Source: an uncultured Gemmatimonadaceae bacterium
GTDB taxonomy: Bacteria > Gemmatimonadota > Gemmatimonadetes > Gemmatimonadales > Gemmatimonadaceae
Assembly (NCBI GenBank): GCA_963728785.1
Contig: CAVSKV010000002.1
Location: 627,195 to 691,194 of the forward strand
Direction: 5' to 3'
Length of the DNA: 64,000 nucleotides
Positions 42,880-51,827 of this stretch are shown in pieces; the first letter of the stretch is position 1; each line of letters starts with the position of its first letter. A program made the position numbers and the translations under genes. The notes under the pieces were generated by a model, which saw only the letters and a list, made by a program, of their open reading frames with translations, had not been told where the DNA came from and searched no databases.

Positions 42880-43412
42880 TCGACGAGACCCATGATGGCG
42901 AGAATGAGGAACACCGCGTACAGCCCCGACGTCACGTAGAGCTTCTTATAGATGTACATGGGGACGTAGACGATGTCGGCCAAGATCCAGAGGATCCAGT
43001 TCTCGAGGATCTTGCGCGTCATCATCCACTGGGCGACGAGGCTCGTGGCAGTGAGTGCGGAGTCGATCGAGGGGATCGAGACTCCGTGCAGACGGCGGGT
43101 GATGGACCAGATGACGAGCCAGCCGGCGACGCCGGCCCCGGTGGACAGGATCCAGACCCGCCGCGAGGCCCGCGACACGTCGAGCCGGCTCTTGTTGGCG
43201 CCGCCATGGAGCCACTCGTACCACCCGTAGATGGAGAGGACGAGGTACACGACCTGGAGCCCCATGTCGGAATACAGCCCGCTCTTCTCGAAGATGACGA
43301 TGTAGAGCCCGACGTTGACGATGGCGGTGGGCCAGCTCCAGATATTCTCGCGCGTACTGAGGTAAACGCTGATGGCACCGGCGATGGCGGCGAACCATTC
43401 GACGCCGCTCAC
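42834..43412 (-). CDS. pnuC: Nicotinamide riboside transporter PnuC family
   Basis: The C-terminal ~190 aa of the long track ORF read EWFAAIAGAISVYLSTRENIWSWP...YGWYEW...AQWMMTRKILENWILWI. The start is uncertain (GTG at 43412 or ATG at 43568). The remainder of the track ORF is antisense to tsaC and spurious. Confidence 0.8.
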   Translation of the reverse strand: MSGVEWFAAIAGAISVYLSTRENIWSWPTAIVNVGLYIVIFEKSGLYSDMGLQVVYLVLSIYGWYEWLHGGANKSRLDVSRASRRVWILSTGAGVAGWLVIWSITRRLHGVSIPSIDSALTATSLVAQWMMTRKILENWILWILADIVYVPMYIYKKLYVTSGLYAVFLILAIMGLVEWKRSLERQRSPASS

Positions 43413-43628
43413 CGGGCGGTCCGGCGCGCGCGGACGCTCGGCGGCGCCCGGCGCGCCGATGGAGCCGCCGCCGGTGTGGCGACGGAGAGAAACGGCCGGG
43501 CGGCCGGCGAACGGCGAGTCGGCATGAGGGGCGGGAGTTCGAGAATGGCGTGGAGAGCGGTATAACATACCCAACGGCGGCGCGCCTCCACCACCCGCAG
43601 CGGCCAGGATCATTAGCTTGTACGCGGC

Positions 43629-44621
43629 ATGGAACTCCTGCGCATCGACCCGACTGACCCCGATCCGGTGGTGCTCCGGCGCGCCGCGGCGGTGCTGCGC
43701 GCGGGAGGCCTGGTGGCATTCCCCACGGAAACCGTGTACGGGCTGGGGGCACACGCGCTCGACCCCGAGGCCGTGGAGCGCATCTACGCTGCCAAGGGCC
43801 GGCCCGCCTACAATCCGGTGATCGCGCACGTGGCGGACACTGGAGGCGCGCGGACGCTCGTCGCCGAGTGGCCCGCGGCGGCGGAACTGCTGGCCTGCAC
43901 GTTCTGGCCGGGTCCGCTGACGATGGTGTTGCCCAAGCGCCCCGTGGTGCCCGACGCGGTCACGGCGGGGCTGCCCAGCGTCGCCGTGAGGGTGCCCGGG
44001 CATCCGGTGGCGCTCGCTCTGCTGCGTGCAGCGGGCATTCCGGTGGCGGCCCCGAGCGCCAACCGGTTCACCGAGTTGTCTCCGACGACGGCAGCCCACG
44101 TGGTGGCGTCGCTTGGCGAGGCGGTGGACCTGGTGCTCGACGGCGGTCCGACGACGGTGGGGATCGAGTCGACGGTGGTGGACCTCACGGGCGCGGTGCC
44201 ACGCGTGCTGCGGCCGGGGATGATCGGTGCGGCGCAGATCGCATCCGTGGTGGGCGCGATGGAGGAGCGGCCGGTGGCGGTGGCGGCTGGTGCCGCGCGA
44301 TCGTCGCCGGGCATGGTGGAGCGCCACTACGCGCCGCGGGCCCGGCTCCTGCCGTTCGACGACGCGACCCGGGCGGCAGCGGTGGCCGAGACCGTCGCCG
44401 CGACAGCGCGCGGCGAACGAGTGGGCGCCTTGGCGTTCACGCCGCTCCCCGTGCCCGATGCTCGCATGATGCCGCGCGACCCGGCGGCATTTGCCAGACG
44501 GTTGTATGCCGAGCTGCACGATCTCGACGAACGGGGGTGCGCGCTGGTACTCGTGGAGCGCGTGCCCGAGGCGCCGGAGTGGTCCGGCGTGCGTGACCGG
44601 CTGGAACGCGCAGCGCGGTGA
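43629..44621 (+). CDS. tsaC: L-threonylcarbamoyladenylate synthase (Sua5/YwlC type, with Sua5 C-terminal domain)
   Basis: 330 aa. VAFPTETVYGLGAHAL, KGRPAYNPVIAHV, and SANRF. Confidence 0.92.
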   Translation: MELLRIDPTDPDPVVLRRAAAVLRAGGLVAFPTETVYGLGAHALDPEAVERIYAAKGRPAYNPVIAHVADTGGARTLVAEWPAAAELLACTFWPGPLTMVLPKRPVVPDAVTAGLPSVAVRVPGHPVALALLRAAGIPVAAPSANRFTELSPTTAAHVVASLGEAVDLVLDGGPTTVGIESTVVDLTGAVPRVLRPGMIGAAQIASVVGAMEERPVAVAAGAARSSPGMVERHYAPRARLLPFDDATRAAAVAETVAATARGERVGALAFTPLPVPDARMMPRDPAAFARRLYAELHDLDERGCALVLVERVPEAPEWSGVRDRLERAAR

Positions 44622-44696
44622 ACGCGAGCGGGCCACCCGCTGTCATCGCACGGCGCCGGCGATAGGTTTCACGGTAAGCTCACTATCCAATCCTCG

Positions 44697-47192
44697 ATGC
44701 GCATCCGCCCTTTGATCATCAGGCCGCTCGCCGCCGCCGGTGCGCTCGCTGCGTTCGCGGCCTGCCGCGCCACCCCGCCCCGCTCGCCGCAGGCCGGCAA
44801 CACCCTCGGAACGACCATCGGACGTCTGCCCACCGGCGTGCACCTGGATCCCGCCGCGGTGCAGCACCCGGTGGAGGCGTTTCCTTTGGGCATGGCGCTG
44901 GCGCCCGACAGCACGCACATCGCGCTCGTTACGAGCGGATGGCTGCACCAGGACGTGCAGATCCTGGACCGCGCCACCGGCCAGGTAACGCAGACGGTGG
45001 CGCAACCGGCGGCATTCATCGGCATCGCGTTCTCACCCGACGGAAAGACCCTGTACGTGTCGGGCGGCAATCAGGACGTCGTGTACCGCTACGACTGGGC
45101 GGCTGGCCGCGCTACGCTGCGCGACAGCATCGTGCTGGCTCCCAAGGCGGCGCGCGCGCCCGGCCGGCGGTATCCCGCCGGGTTGGCCCTTTCCACCGAC
45201 GGCCGCCGACTGTTCGTGGCCGAGAATATGGCCGACTCGATGGCCGTGGTGGACGTGGCGAGCGGCATGGTGGAGCGTCGCTACGGCACCGACGCGTATC
45301 CGTACGCGGTGGTGGTGGCACCGAACGGCACGGTGTTCGTCTCGGCGTGGGGTGGGTACACGGTTTCCGAATTCACGCCGAGCGCCAACGGATACGCGGC
45401 TCGCAGGATCGGCGTGGGGCGCCACCCGTCCGCGATGGTGCTCAATCGTTCGGGGTCGCGGTTGTTCGTGGCATCGGGGAGCACCGATCGCGTGATGGTC
45501 GTGAACACGGCAGAGCACCGCGTCATGCAGACGCTGCTCGACCCGCCGCCGGGGGGCCCGGGCGAGGGGACCACTCCCAATGCGATCGCGCTGTCGCCCG
45601 ACGGCACGCGCCTGTTCGTGGCCGAAGCCGACGCCAATGCGATCGCCGTCTTCGACCTCTCGGCGCGCACGGCGGACGCCGCCGCTGCGGCCGGCCGCGA
45701 CGCGCTGGCGGGCCGCGTGCCGACGGCGTGGTATCCGTCGCTGGTGGACGTGTTGCACGACACGCTGTTCGTGGCCTCGGCCAAGGGGCTGGGAACGCAT
45801 GCAAATCTCGACGGGGCGCAGCCGGTCCCGATGGCCGGGCATCCGCCGCGCGGCCGCAACTATACGCTGGGACAGTTGGACGGCTCAGTGATGATGGCGC
45901 CGCTTGCTCTGGCCGGGGGGACGGAGTCGGCCGCGCTCACCCAACGGGTGGTGCGGGCGAACGGCTGGGACCGGCCCACCGACCGCACGGCGCCCTACCC
46001 GCCGTTTGCCCATGTGATCTACATCATCAAGGAGAACCGCACGTACGATCAGGTGTTCGGCGACATGGCAGCCGGCGACGGCGATACCTCGCTGGTGTTC
46101 TTCCCCCGAGCGATCTCGTCCAACCACCATGCGCTGGCCGACCGGTTCGGGCTGTTCGACCGGTTCTTCGTGAACGCGGAAGTGAGCGCCGACGGGCACA
46201 ACTGGTCGACGGCAGCGTATGCGACGGACTATCTGGAGAAGACCATGCAGTCCGAGTACTCCAATCGCGGGCGGGCGTACGAGTACGAAGGGGCGGTGTT
46301 CGGGGGGGGGGACAAGGCGCACATCCCGGACGACGACGCGAATGCGCCGGCGAATGGCTACATGTGGGACATGGCCCAGCGCAAGGGCATCACGTTCCGG
46401 AATTACGGCGAGTTCGTAGTGCCCAGTTCGATGGATCCGGACGATGCCATGCCACCGGGATATCGCGGCGACAAGCCATTTCTCAAGACGCACACCGATC
46501 CCGATTATCCGGGGTTCGATCTCTCGATCCGCGACCAGCACCGAGTGGACGTGTGGCAGCGGGAATTCGACCAATATGTAAAGGCGAATAATCTACCGGC
46601 TCTTGAAATCGTGCGACTGCCCAACGACCATACGTCCGGGGCGCAGGCGGGGATGCCGACGCCACACGCGGCGTTCGCGGACAACGACCTGGCGCTGGGG
46701 CGGATCGTGCAGGCGGTGTCGCAGTCGCCGTACTGGAGGAACACCGTGATCTTCGTGCTCGAGGACGACGCGCAGAACGGTCCCGACCACGTGGATTCGC
46801 ACCGGTCACCGATGCTGGTGATCTCGGCGTACAACCGGCAGGGCACGTGGCATCGGTGGGCGAACACGAGCGACGTGCTGCGGACGATCGAGGAGATTCT
46901 CGGACTGCAGTCGATGTCGCAGTTCGACTACTACGGGCGGCCGCTGCGGGAGATCTGGGCCGCGACGCCCGATCTGCGTCCGTACGTGGCGCTTCCGGCG
47001 GGGGTCTCCCTCGACGCGGTGAATCCGGCCACCGGCCGCGGGGCGCGCGACTCGCGCGGGCTCGACCTGGAGATCGAGGACATGGCGAACACGGATCTGT
47101 TCAACCACATCCTGTGGCGGCAGCTGAAAGGGGATGCACCGTATCCGGGAGCGAATCGGATTTCGGCGTGGGCGGTGAAGACCGGCAACTGA
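44697..47192 (+). CDS. Secreted fusion protein: YncE/lactonase-like beta-propeller plus phosphoesterase (PLC/AcpA family)
   Basis: 831 aa. Signal peptide. Propeller repeats (SPDGKTLYVSGGNQ, STDGRRLFVAEN, SPDGTRLFVAEADANAIAVFDL). Phosphoesterase signature HVIYIIKENRTYDQVFGD and a C-terminal EDDAQNGPDHVDSHRS. Confidence 0.85.
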   Translation: MRIRPLIIRPLAAAGALAAFAACRATPPRSPQAGNTLGTTIGRLPTGVHLDPAAVQHPVEAFPLGMALAPDSTHIALVTSGWLHQDVQILDRATGQVTQTVAQPAAFIGIAFSPDGKTLYVSGGNQDVVYRYDWAAGRATLRDSIVLAPKAARAPGRRYPAGLALSTDGRRLFVAENMADSMAVVDVASGMVERRYGTDAYPYAVVVAPNGTVFVSAWGGYTVSEFTPSANGYAARRIGVGRHPSAMVLNRSGSRLFVASGSTDRVMVVNTAEHRVMQTLLDPPPGGPGEGTTPNAIALSPDGTRLFVAEADANAIAVFDLSARTADAAAAAGRDALAGRVPTAWYPSLVDVLHDTLFVASAKGLGTHANLDGAQPVPMAGHPPRGRNYTLGQLDGSVMMAPLALAGGTESAALTQRVVRANGWDRPTDRTAPYPPFAHVIYIIKENRTYDQVFGDMAAGDGDTSLVFFPRAISSNHHALADRFGLFDRFFVNAEVSADGHNWSTAAYATDYLEKTMQSEYSNRGRAYEYEGAVFGGGDKAHIPDDDANAPANGYMWDMAQRKGITFRNYGEFVVPSSMDPDDAMPPGYRGDKPFLKTHTDPDYPGFDLSIRDQHRVDVWQREFDQYVKANNLPALEIVRLPNDHTSGAQAGMPTPHAAFADNDLALGRIVQAVSQSPYWRNTVIFVLEDDAQNGPDHVDSHRSPMLVISAYNRQGTWHRWANTSDVLRTIEEILGLQSMSQFDYYGRPLREIWAATPDLRPYVALPAGVSLDAVNPATGRGARDSRGLDLEIEDMANTDLFNHILWRQLKGDAPYPGANRISAWAVKTGN
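46302..46311 (+). repeat. G10 homopolymer tract inside the phosphoesterase CDS
   Basis: Read directly: ttc gggggggggg ac, encoding F-G-G-G-D. It is the longest homopolymer I found in the window; other G/C runs I noted (15-63 kb) are 7 nt or shorter. Confidence 0.95.
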
Positions 47193-47227
47193 AGCGGCGG
47201 GTCCGCACACGGCATCGGTAGGAAAGA

Positions 47228-47261
47228 CTGCGGGCTGTCAGCTCAGGGCTTTCAGCCTGCG
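47228..47261. terminator. Imperfect hairpin between convergent phosphoesterase and infA genes
   Basis: ctgcgggctg pairs with cagcctgcg (one G-U pair, one mismatch). On the minus strand it is followed by UCUUUCC. Confidence 0.3.
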
Positions 47262-47287
47262 CTTCTCAGTGGCGATCCTTCAGGGGG

Positions 47288-47509
47288 TCAGTTCTTGTGA
47301 CGGAAGGTGATGCGCCCGCGGCTGAGGTCGTATGGCGATACCTCGATGGTCACACGGTCTCCGGCGAGCACGCGAATCCGGAACCGCCGCATGTTGCCGC
47401 CCAGGGTCGCGAGCACGGTGTGGCCATTGCTCAGCAGGACCCGAAACGTAGCGTTGGGCAGCACTTCGGTAACCTGACCTTCGAGTTGTATCGCTTCTTC
47501 CTTCGCCAT
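47288..47509 (-). CDS. infA: Translation initiation factor IF-1
   Basis: [72 protein letters not shown]. Start taken at the internal ATG at 47509. Confidence 0.97.
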   Translation of the reverse strand: MAKEEAIQLEGQVTEVLPNATFRVLLSNGHTVLATLGGNMRRFRIRVLAGDRVTIEVSPYDLSRGRITFRHKN

Positions 47510-47737
47510 CCAGTCTCTCCGCGAGGTTGGCGCCGGACCAGGTATCACGAACCGGAGCGGCCGACGCTGCGGGAAGTCTAGGACGGGCCCGAGCCCCCGT
47601 CAACGCAGGCGAACGCATTCCCGCACCCGCCGGAGGCCGATTCGCCCGCCGACTCGCGACACGATGCGGGTACGGCCGGCCGCTGGGGCCAGGGGCGCAG
47701 GCTGTCGGGCGCCGGAAGGATCCGCTAGTTTTCTCCA

Positions 47738-47826
47738 CTGACCGGGGTGCCCGTGCACACATCCGCGCACGCGCTGAGATCACACCCGTCGAACCTGATC
47801 CGGCTCATACCGGCGTAGGGAGTCAC
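47738..47826 (+). promoter_or_regulatory. TPP (thiamine pyrophosphate, THI-box) riboswitch
   Basis: tgac-CGGGGUGC...GCUGAGAucacACCCgucGAACCUGAUCCGGcUcAUACCGGCGUAGGGA-gtca. All conserved THI-box blocks are present, and P1 closes as tgac/gtca. It ends about 80 nt upstream of the TonB-dependent receptor ATG. Confidence 0.88.
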
Positions 47827-47908
47827 CCATGCTCATTCCATCGGTCGTCGCGGCGCGCCATTTGGCTTGCCGCCGCGTGTGCGTCCACCTAGCCGGGGAC
47901 GTGCGCTC

Positions 47909-50125
47909 ATGACGATTTTCACGTTGCTCGCCGCATTCGTGGCCGCCGCTGGGGTGTCGGGTGTGGTGCGCGACGCCCGCACCCACGCTCCGGTGGCCGG
48001 GGTGCGGGTGGAAGCACTGTCGACGCACGAGGCAACGCTCACCGATTCCGCGGGGCGGTTCACGCTTTCGGTCTCGCCGCCGGTGCAGCTCCGGTTCAGC
48101 CGCGAGGGCTACAGCAGCAGCGACCGCGAAGCGGCGACCGATACCGGGCTCGTCGTGGAACTGGTGCCCACGGCCCAGAGTCTCGAGCGGGTGACGATCT
48201 CGGCCGTGCGCGGCGGGACCGATGCCCCGATCTCGGCCGACGTCGTGACGCGCAACCAGATCTCGGCGCAGTCGTTCGGACAGGAGGCGCCGCTGCTGCT
48301 GGCGAACACGCCGTCGTTCACATCGTACGCCGAGGAGGGAGGCTATTCCGGATACAGCTATATCTTCTTGCGCGGCATCGACCAGACGCGCATCAACCTG
48401 ACGCTGGACGGTATTCCCCTCAACGATCCCGAGGATGAGGTTTTCTATTTCGCCGATCTGTTCGATTTCATGAGCAGCGTCCAATCCGTGCAGATTCAGC
48501 GCGGGGTCGGCACGAGCACCAACGGCACCGCATCGTACGGGGGTTCGATCAACTTCGAATCGCTGTCGTTGACCGGGACGCCGGCCGGGGGGCACGTGCA
48601 GCTCGGCACTGGGGACTGGAACACCGGAAGGGCTTCGGTGGACTATGCGTCGGGGCTGCTGGACAGCCGCTGGGCGTTCTACGCGCGCGCCAGCGCGCAG
48701 AGCACCGACAGCTACCGAGAGCATGCCGGCGACCTCTCGCGCTCCGCGTTCTTGAGCGCCGGCTACTTCGGCGATCGCGACATCGTGAAGATCACGGCGA
48801 CGGCAGGGCTGGAACACAGCCAACTGGCCTACGACGCGGCGGCGGAGTCGACGCTGGTGCGCGACCGCCGGGCCAATCCGCTGTCGCCGGACGAGCGCGA
48901 CGACTTTCAGGAGGCACTGGCCAGCGTGGACTATACGCGTTTGCTAACGGACCGATCGTCACTGTCGACCAAGGTCTTCGGGATCGAGGCCACCGGGTAT
49001 TACGACGTGCTGTCAACCGAGATGGATCGGTATCATCTCGACTTCTGGTGGAACGGGCTGATGAGCACGTACCGCTACGCGGGGGACCGGCTGCAGGTGG
49101 ACGCCGGTCTCTTCGCCGACAACTACCACCGCGATCATTACGACTACACGCTGCCCGATCTCACGAACCGGGTGTATTCCAACCGCGGCATCAAACGCGA
49201 GGCGAGCGGGTATGTGAAGACGACGTACGCCGTGGGTCCGGTGGCGGTGTTCACCGACCTGCAGCTTCGCGAGGCGTGGTGGCGCTACGTGCCCGACGCG
49301 AATGCCGGGATTGCCGAGGAGAGCATCAGCTGGCTGTTCTTCAACCCCAAGGCGGGGCTCACCTATCACATCGCGCCGGCGTGGAGCGCCTACGCATCAT
49401 ACGGCGTGAATGGCCGCGAACCGGCACGGAACGATATTCTGGCCGGATTCGACAACCTCGATACGTCGAACGTGAAGTTCGTGGGCTCCTTCAATCGCGT
49501 GCGCCCGGAGACCGTGCACGATTTCGAGGCGGGGGTCGCGTATCGGGCGCACGCCGTCCGGGTGGACGCCGACGTGTACGATATGGAGTTTCACGACGAG
49601 ATCGCCCCGATCGGCCAGCTGAGCTATCTCGGACTGCCGCTGCGCAAGAACGTCCCGCGGAGTGTCAGACGGGGGGTCGAAGTCACCGTTCACTGGCAGG
49701 TTTCGGCGAAGTTGACCGCCGAGGTGAACGGGGCCATGAGCCGCAACTGGATCGCCACCTACACCGACGACGCCAGCGGTATGACGTACTACGACGTCCC
49801 GCCGCTGCTCACCCCCACGGTGTCCACCAACCAGCGATTGACCTACGAAACAAGCCGCGGCGTCTCGCTGTCACTGGGGGGCCGGTATACGTCGCGATCG
49901 TTCCTCGACAATACGGGAAATCCTCTGTTCGTTCTGCCGGCCGCTTACATTACCGATGCACGGATCTCATGGCGGGACGCGCCCGGTCACCTCGATGTCA
50001 CCTTGTTCGTCAATAACCTGACTGGCGTCCTGCGGTACAGCAGCGGGTACACGGACGGCTCAATTTCCTATTATTACCCTCTGCCGCCTCGCAATCTCTA
50101 CTTGCAGGTCCGGGCCGGCTTCTGA
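47909..50125 (+). CDS. TonB-dependent outer-membrane receptor with N-terminal carboxypeptidase-regulatory-like domain
   Basis: Start chosen at MTIFTLLAAFVAAAGVSGVVRD (signal peptide plus CarboxypepD_reg-like segment). Plug region (FLRGIDQTRINLTLDGIPLNDPED). C-terminal barrel ending NLYLQVRAGF. Confidence 0.88.
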   Translation: MTIFTLLAAFVAAAGVSGVVRDARTHAPVAGVRVEALSTHEATLTDSAGRFTLSVSPPVQLRFSREGYSSSDREAATDTGLVVELVPTAQSLERVTISAVRGGTDAPISADVVTRNQISAQSFGQEAPLLLANTPSFTSYAEEGGYSGYSYIFLRGIDQTRINLTLDGIPLNDPEDEVFYFADLFDFMSSVQSVQIQRGVGTSTNGTASYGGSINFESLSLTGTPAGGHVQLGTGDWNTGRASVDYASGLLDSRWAFYARASAQSTDSYREHAGDLSRSAFLSAGYFGDRDIVKITATAGLEHSQLAYDAAAESTLVRDRRANPLSPDERDDFQEALASVDYTRLLTDRSSLSTKVFGIEATGYYDVLSTEMDRYHLDFWWNGLMSTYRYAGDRLQVDAGLFADNYHRDHYDYTLPDLTNRVYSNRGIKREASGYVKTTYAVGPVAVFTDLQLREAWWRYVPDANAGIAEESISWLFFNPKAGLTYHIAPAWSAYASYGVNGREPARNDILAGFDNLDTSNVKFVGSFNRVRPETVHDFEAGVAYRAHAVRVDADVYDMEFHDEIAPIGQLSYLGLPLRKNVPRSVRRGVEVTVHWQVSAKLTAEVNGAMSRNWIATYTDDASGMTYYDVPPLLTPTVSTNQRLTYETSRGVSLSLGGRYTSRSFLDNTGNPLFVLPAAYITDARISWRDAPGHLDVTLFVNNLTGVLRYSSGYTDGSISYYYPLPPRNLYLQVRAGF

Positions 50126-50173
50126 CCCGCTGGGCCTGCGGGGACGGAGTTTCCGCGTCCTTGAGATTCGACG

Positions 50174-51328
50174 TTGAGGACCCGATACGCATTGAGGATC
50201 AAACGCGCGATGCTGCAAGCTGCCGAACCCCCTGACCACCGCCCGGGCACGGGCCGGTCGCTGCCCTCGGGTTTCCTGGACGGGGGCACCACGATCGCCG
50301 GCGCGCCTCCGTTTCAGCCAGTCAGGAGTCTCCGACGCGTCGCGCATCGACCGTCGTTCGTGGCGGCCCTGGCCGCCCTGTGCAGTGTTCTGCTCGCGTC
50401 GGGACTGCCGGCGCAGGCCGCTCCCCCGCCTCCACTCCCGCCCACGCGCGCCAAGCGCACGCCGCACGAAGCAGCCAAGCCGGCGGCGGCGAAACCGATC
50501 GTCGCCCAGCCGATCTGGCCGGTGGCCGGCCCCGAGCAGCTGCCCGGAGCGATCCTGCCCACCCACCGGATCGTCGCCTTCTACGGCAATCCGCTCTCGA
50601 AGGGAATGGGCATCCTCGGCGCCCTCCCCCCGGAACAGATGCTGGCCAAGCTCGACACCGAGGTCGCGGTCTGGCAGGCCGCCGATCCGGCCACGCCGGT
50701 GGTGCCCGCGCTGCAGCTCATCGTGAGCACGGCGCAGCCGATCCCCGGGCGCGACGGCATGTACCGCGCCCGAATGCCCGACACGCTGATCGACCGGGTG
50801 TCGTCATGGGCCGATCGACGCGATGCCCTGCTGTTCCTCGACGTGCAGGTAGGCCACAGCACGGTGGCTGCCGAACTGCAGCGGCTGCTCCCGTATCTGG
50901 CGCGTCCCAACGTGCATCTGGCGCTCGATCCGGAATTCTCGATGAAGGACGGCAGCGCGCCAGGCAAGCGAATCGGGACGATGGACGCCGACGACGTGAA
51001 CGAAGCCGTCCGCGTGCTCGACAGTCTGGTGACCGCGAACAATCTGCCGCCCAAGGTGCTCATCGTGCACCGGTTCACCCGGCCAATGCTGACCAACGCG
51101 AGGCGCATCCACCTGGATCCCAAGGTGCAGATCGTGGTGGACATGGACGGGTGGGGGCCGCGATCGCTGAAGGAAGACTCGTACCGCGCCTACGTATACG
51201 CGGAGCCGGTGCAGTTCACCGGATTCAAGCTCTTCTACCACAACGATACGAAGAGCGGGCGCCCGCTGATGACGCCGGCGGAGGTGCTCCGCCTGTACCC
51301 GGCCCCGCTCTACATCCAATACCAGTAG
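50174..51328 (+). CDS. Secreted hypothetical protein (start uncertain)
   Basis: An internal signal-like segment SFVAALAALCSVLLASGLPAQA is followed by a Pro/Ala/Lys-rich linker and a ~270-aa domain (LFLDVQVGHS...HLALDPEFSM...IVVDMDGWG). I recognise no family. Confidence 0.5.
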   Translation: MRTRYALRIKRAMLQAAEPPDHRPGTGRSLPSGFLDGGTTIAGAPPFQPVRSLRRVAHRPSFVAALAALCSVLLASGLPAQAAPPPPLPPTRAKRTPHEAAKPAAAKPIVAQPIWPVAGPEQLPGAILPTHRIVAFYGNPLSKGMGILGALPPEQMLAKLDTEVAVWQAADPATPVVPALQLIVSTAQPIPGRDGMYRARMPDTLIDRVSSWADRRDALLFLDVQVGHSTVAAELQRLLPYLARPNVHLALDPEFSMKDGSAPGKRIGTMDADDVNEAVRVLDSLVTANNLPPKVLIVHRFTRPMLTNARRIHLDPKVQIVVDMDGWGPRSLKEDSYRAYVYAEPVQFTGFKLFYHNDTKSGRPLMTPAEVLRLYPAPLYIQYQ

Positions 51329-51344
51329 GCCGGCACCCGGCTTG

Positions 51345-51740
51345 CTAGGTCTGGCCGAGCACGTTGATGAGCACGGAGTCGGCGTAGCTGGTCTGAGAAT
51401 TCTTGGGCGTGAACGTGCCCACCACCCAGGTCGAGCCGACGGCGACGGTGGTGACGACACCATGGATGTCCACGCTGGCGATAGAGGGGCTCCGGGATAC
51501 CCACGCGGTATCGCCAACCAGCGCCAGCGGATTGAGCGACGCGTCGTACGCCACGCCCGACAACGGCACGGTGTTGCCCGGAAGGATGGAAACCGTATCG
51601 CGGTTGCCCGACGCCGTGACGACGAAGTAGGCGATGCCGCCGCTTATGATGGTGGGCGGGGTGGATCCGCCGCCGCTGCCGCATGCCGCGATCGAAATCG
51701 TGGCCAGCACCAACGTCAGAATCGCCGTGATCCGTCGCAT
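51345..51740 (-). CDS. Small lipoprotein with Ig-like (Big_2-like) domain
   Basis: 131 aa. Lipobox ISIAAC, then a beta-sandwich-like sequence (ILPGNTVPLSGVAYDASLNPL...WVSRSPSIASVDIHGVVTTVAVGST). Confidence 0.55.
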   Translation of the reverse strand: MRRITAILTLVLATISIAACGSGGGSTPPTIISGGIAYFVVTASGNRDTVSILPGNTVPLSGVAYDASLNPLALVGDTAWVSRSPSIASVDIHGVVTTVAVGSTWVVGTFTPKNSQTSYADSVLINVLGQT

Positions 51741-51827
51741 GCCATTCCTCCAGACTGGGCCCCGGGGCGCCGCCCCGAATGACCGAAGTATAGCGCGAGA
51801 GCCCGTGTGCCGGAACTCGGGCCGCCG

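Noticed and set aside
43413-43628. Possible NAD+ riboswitch (pnuC motif) in the pnuC leader.
   Set aside because: I could not recognise any conserved riboswitch core by eye, and part of the region may be coding if pnuC starts at 43568. A covariance-model search is needed.
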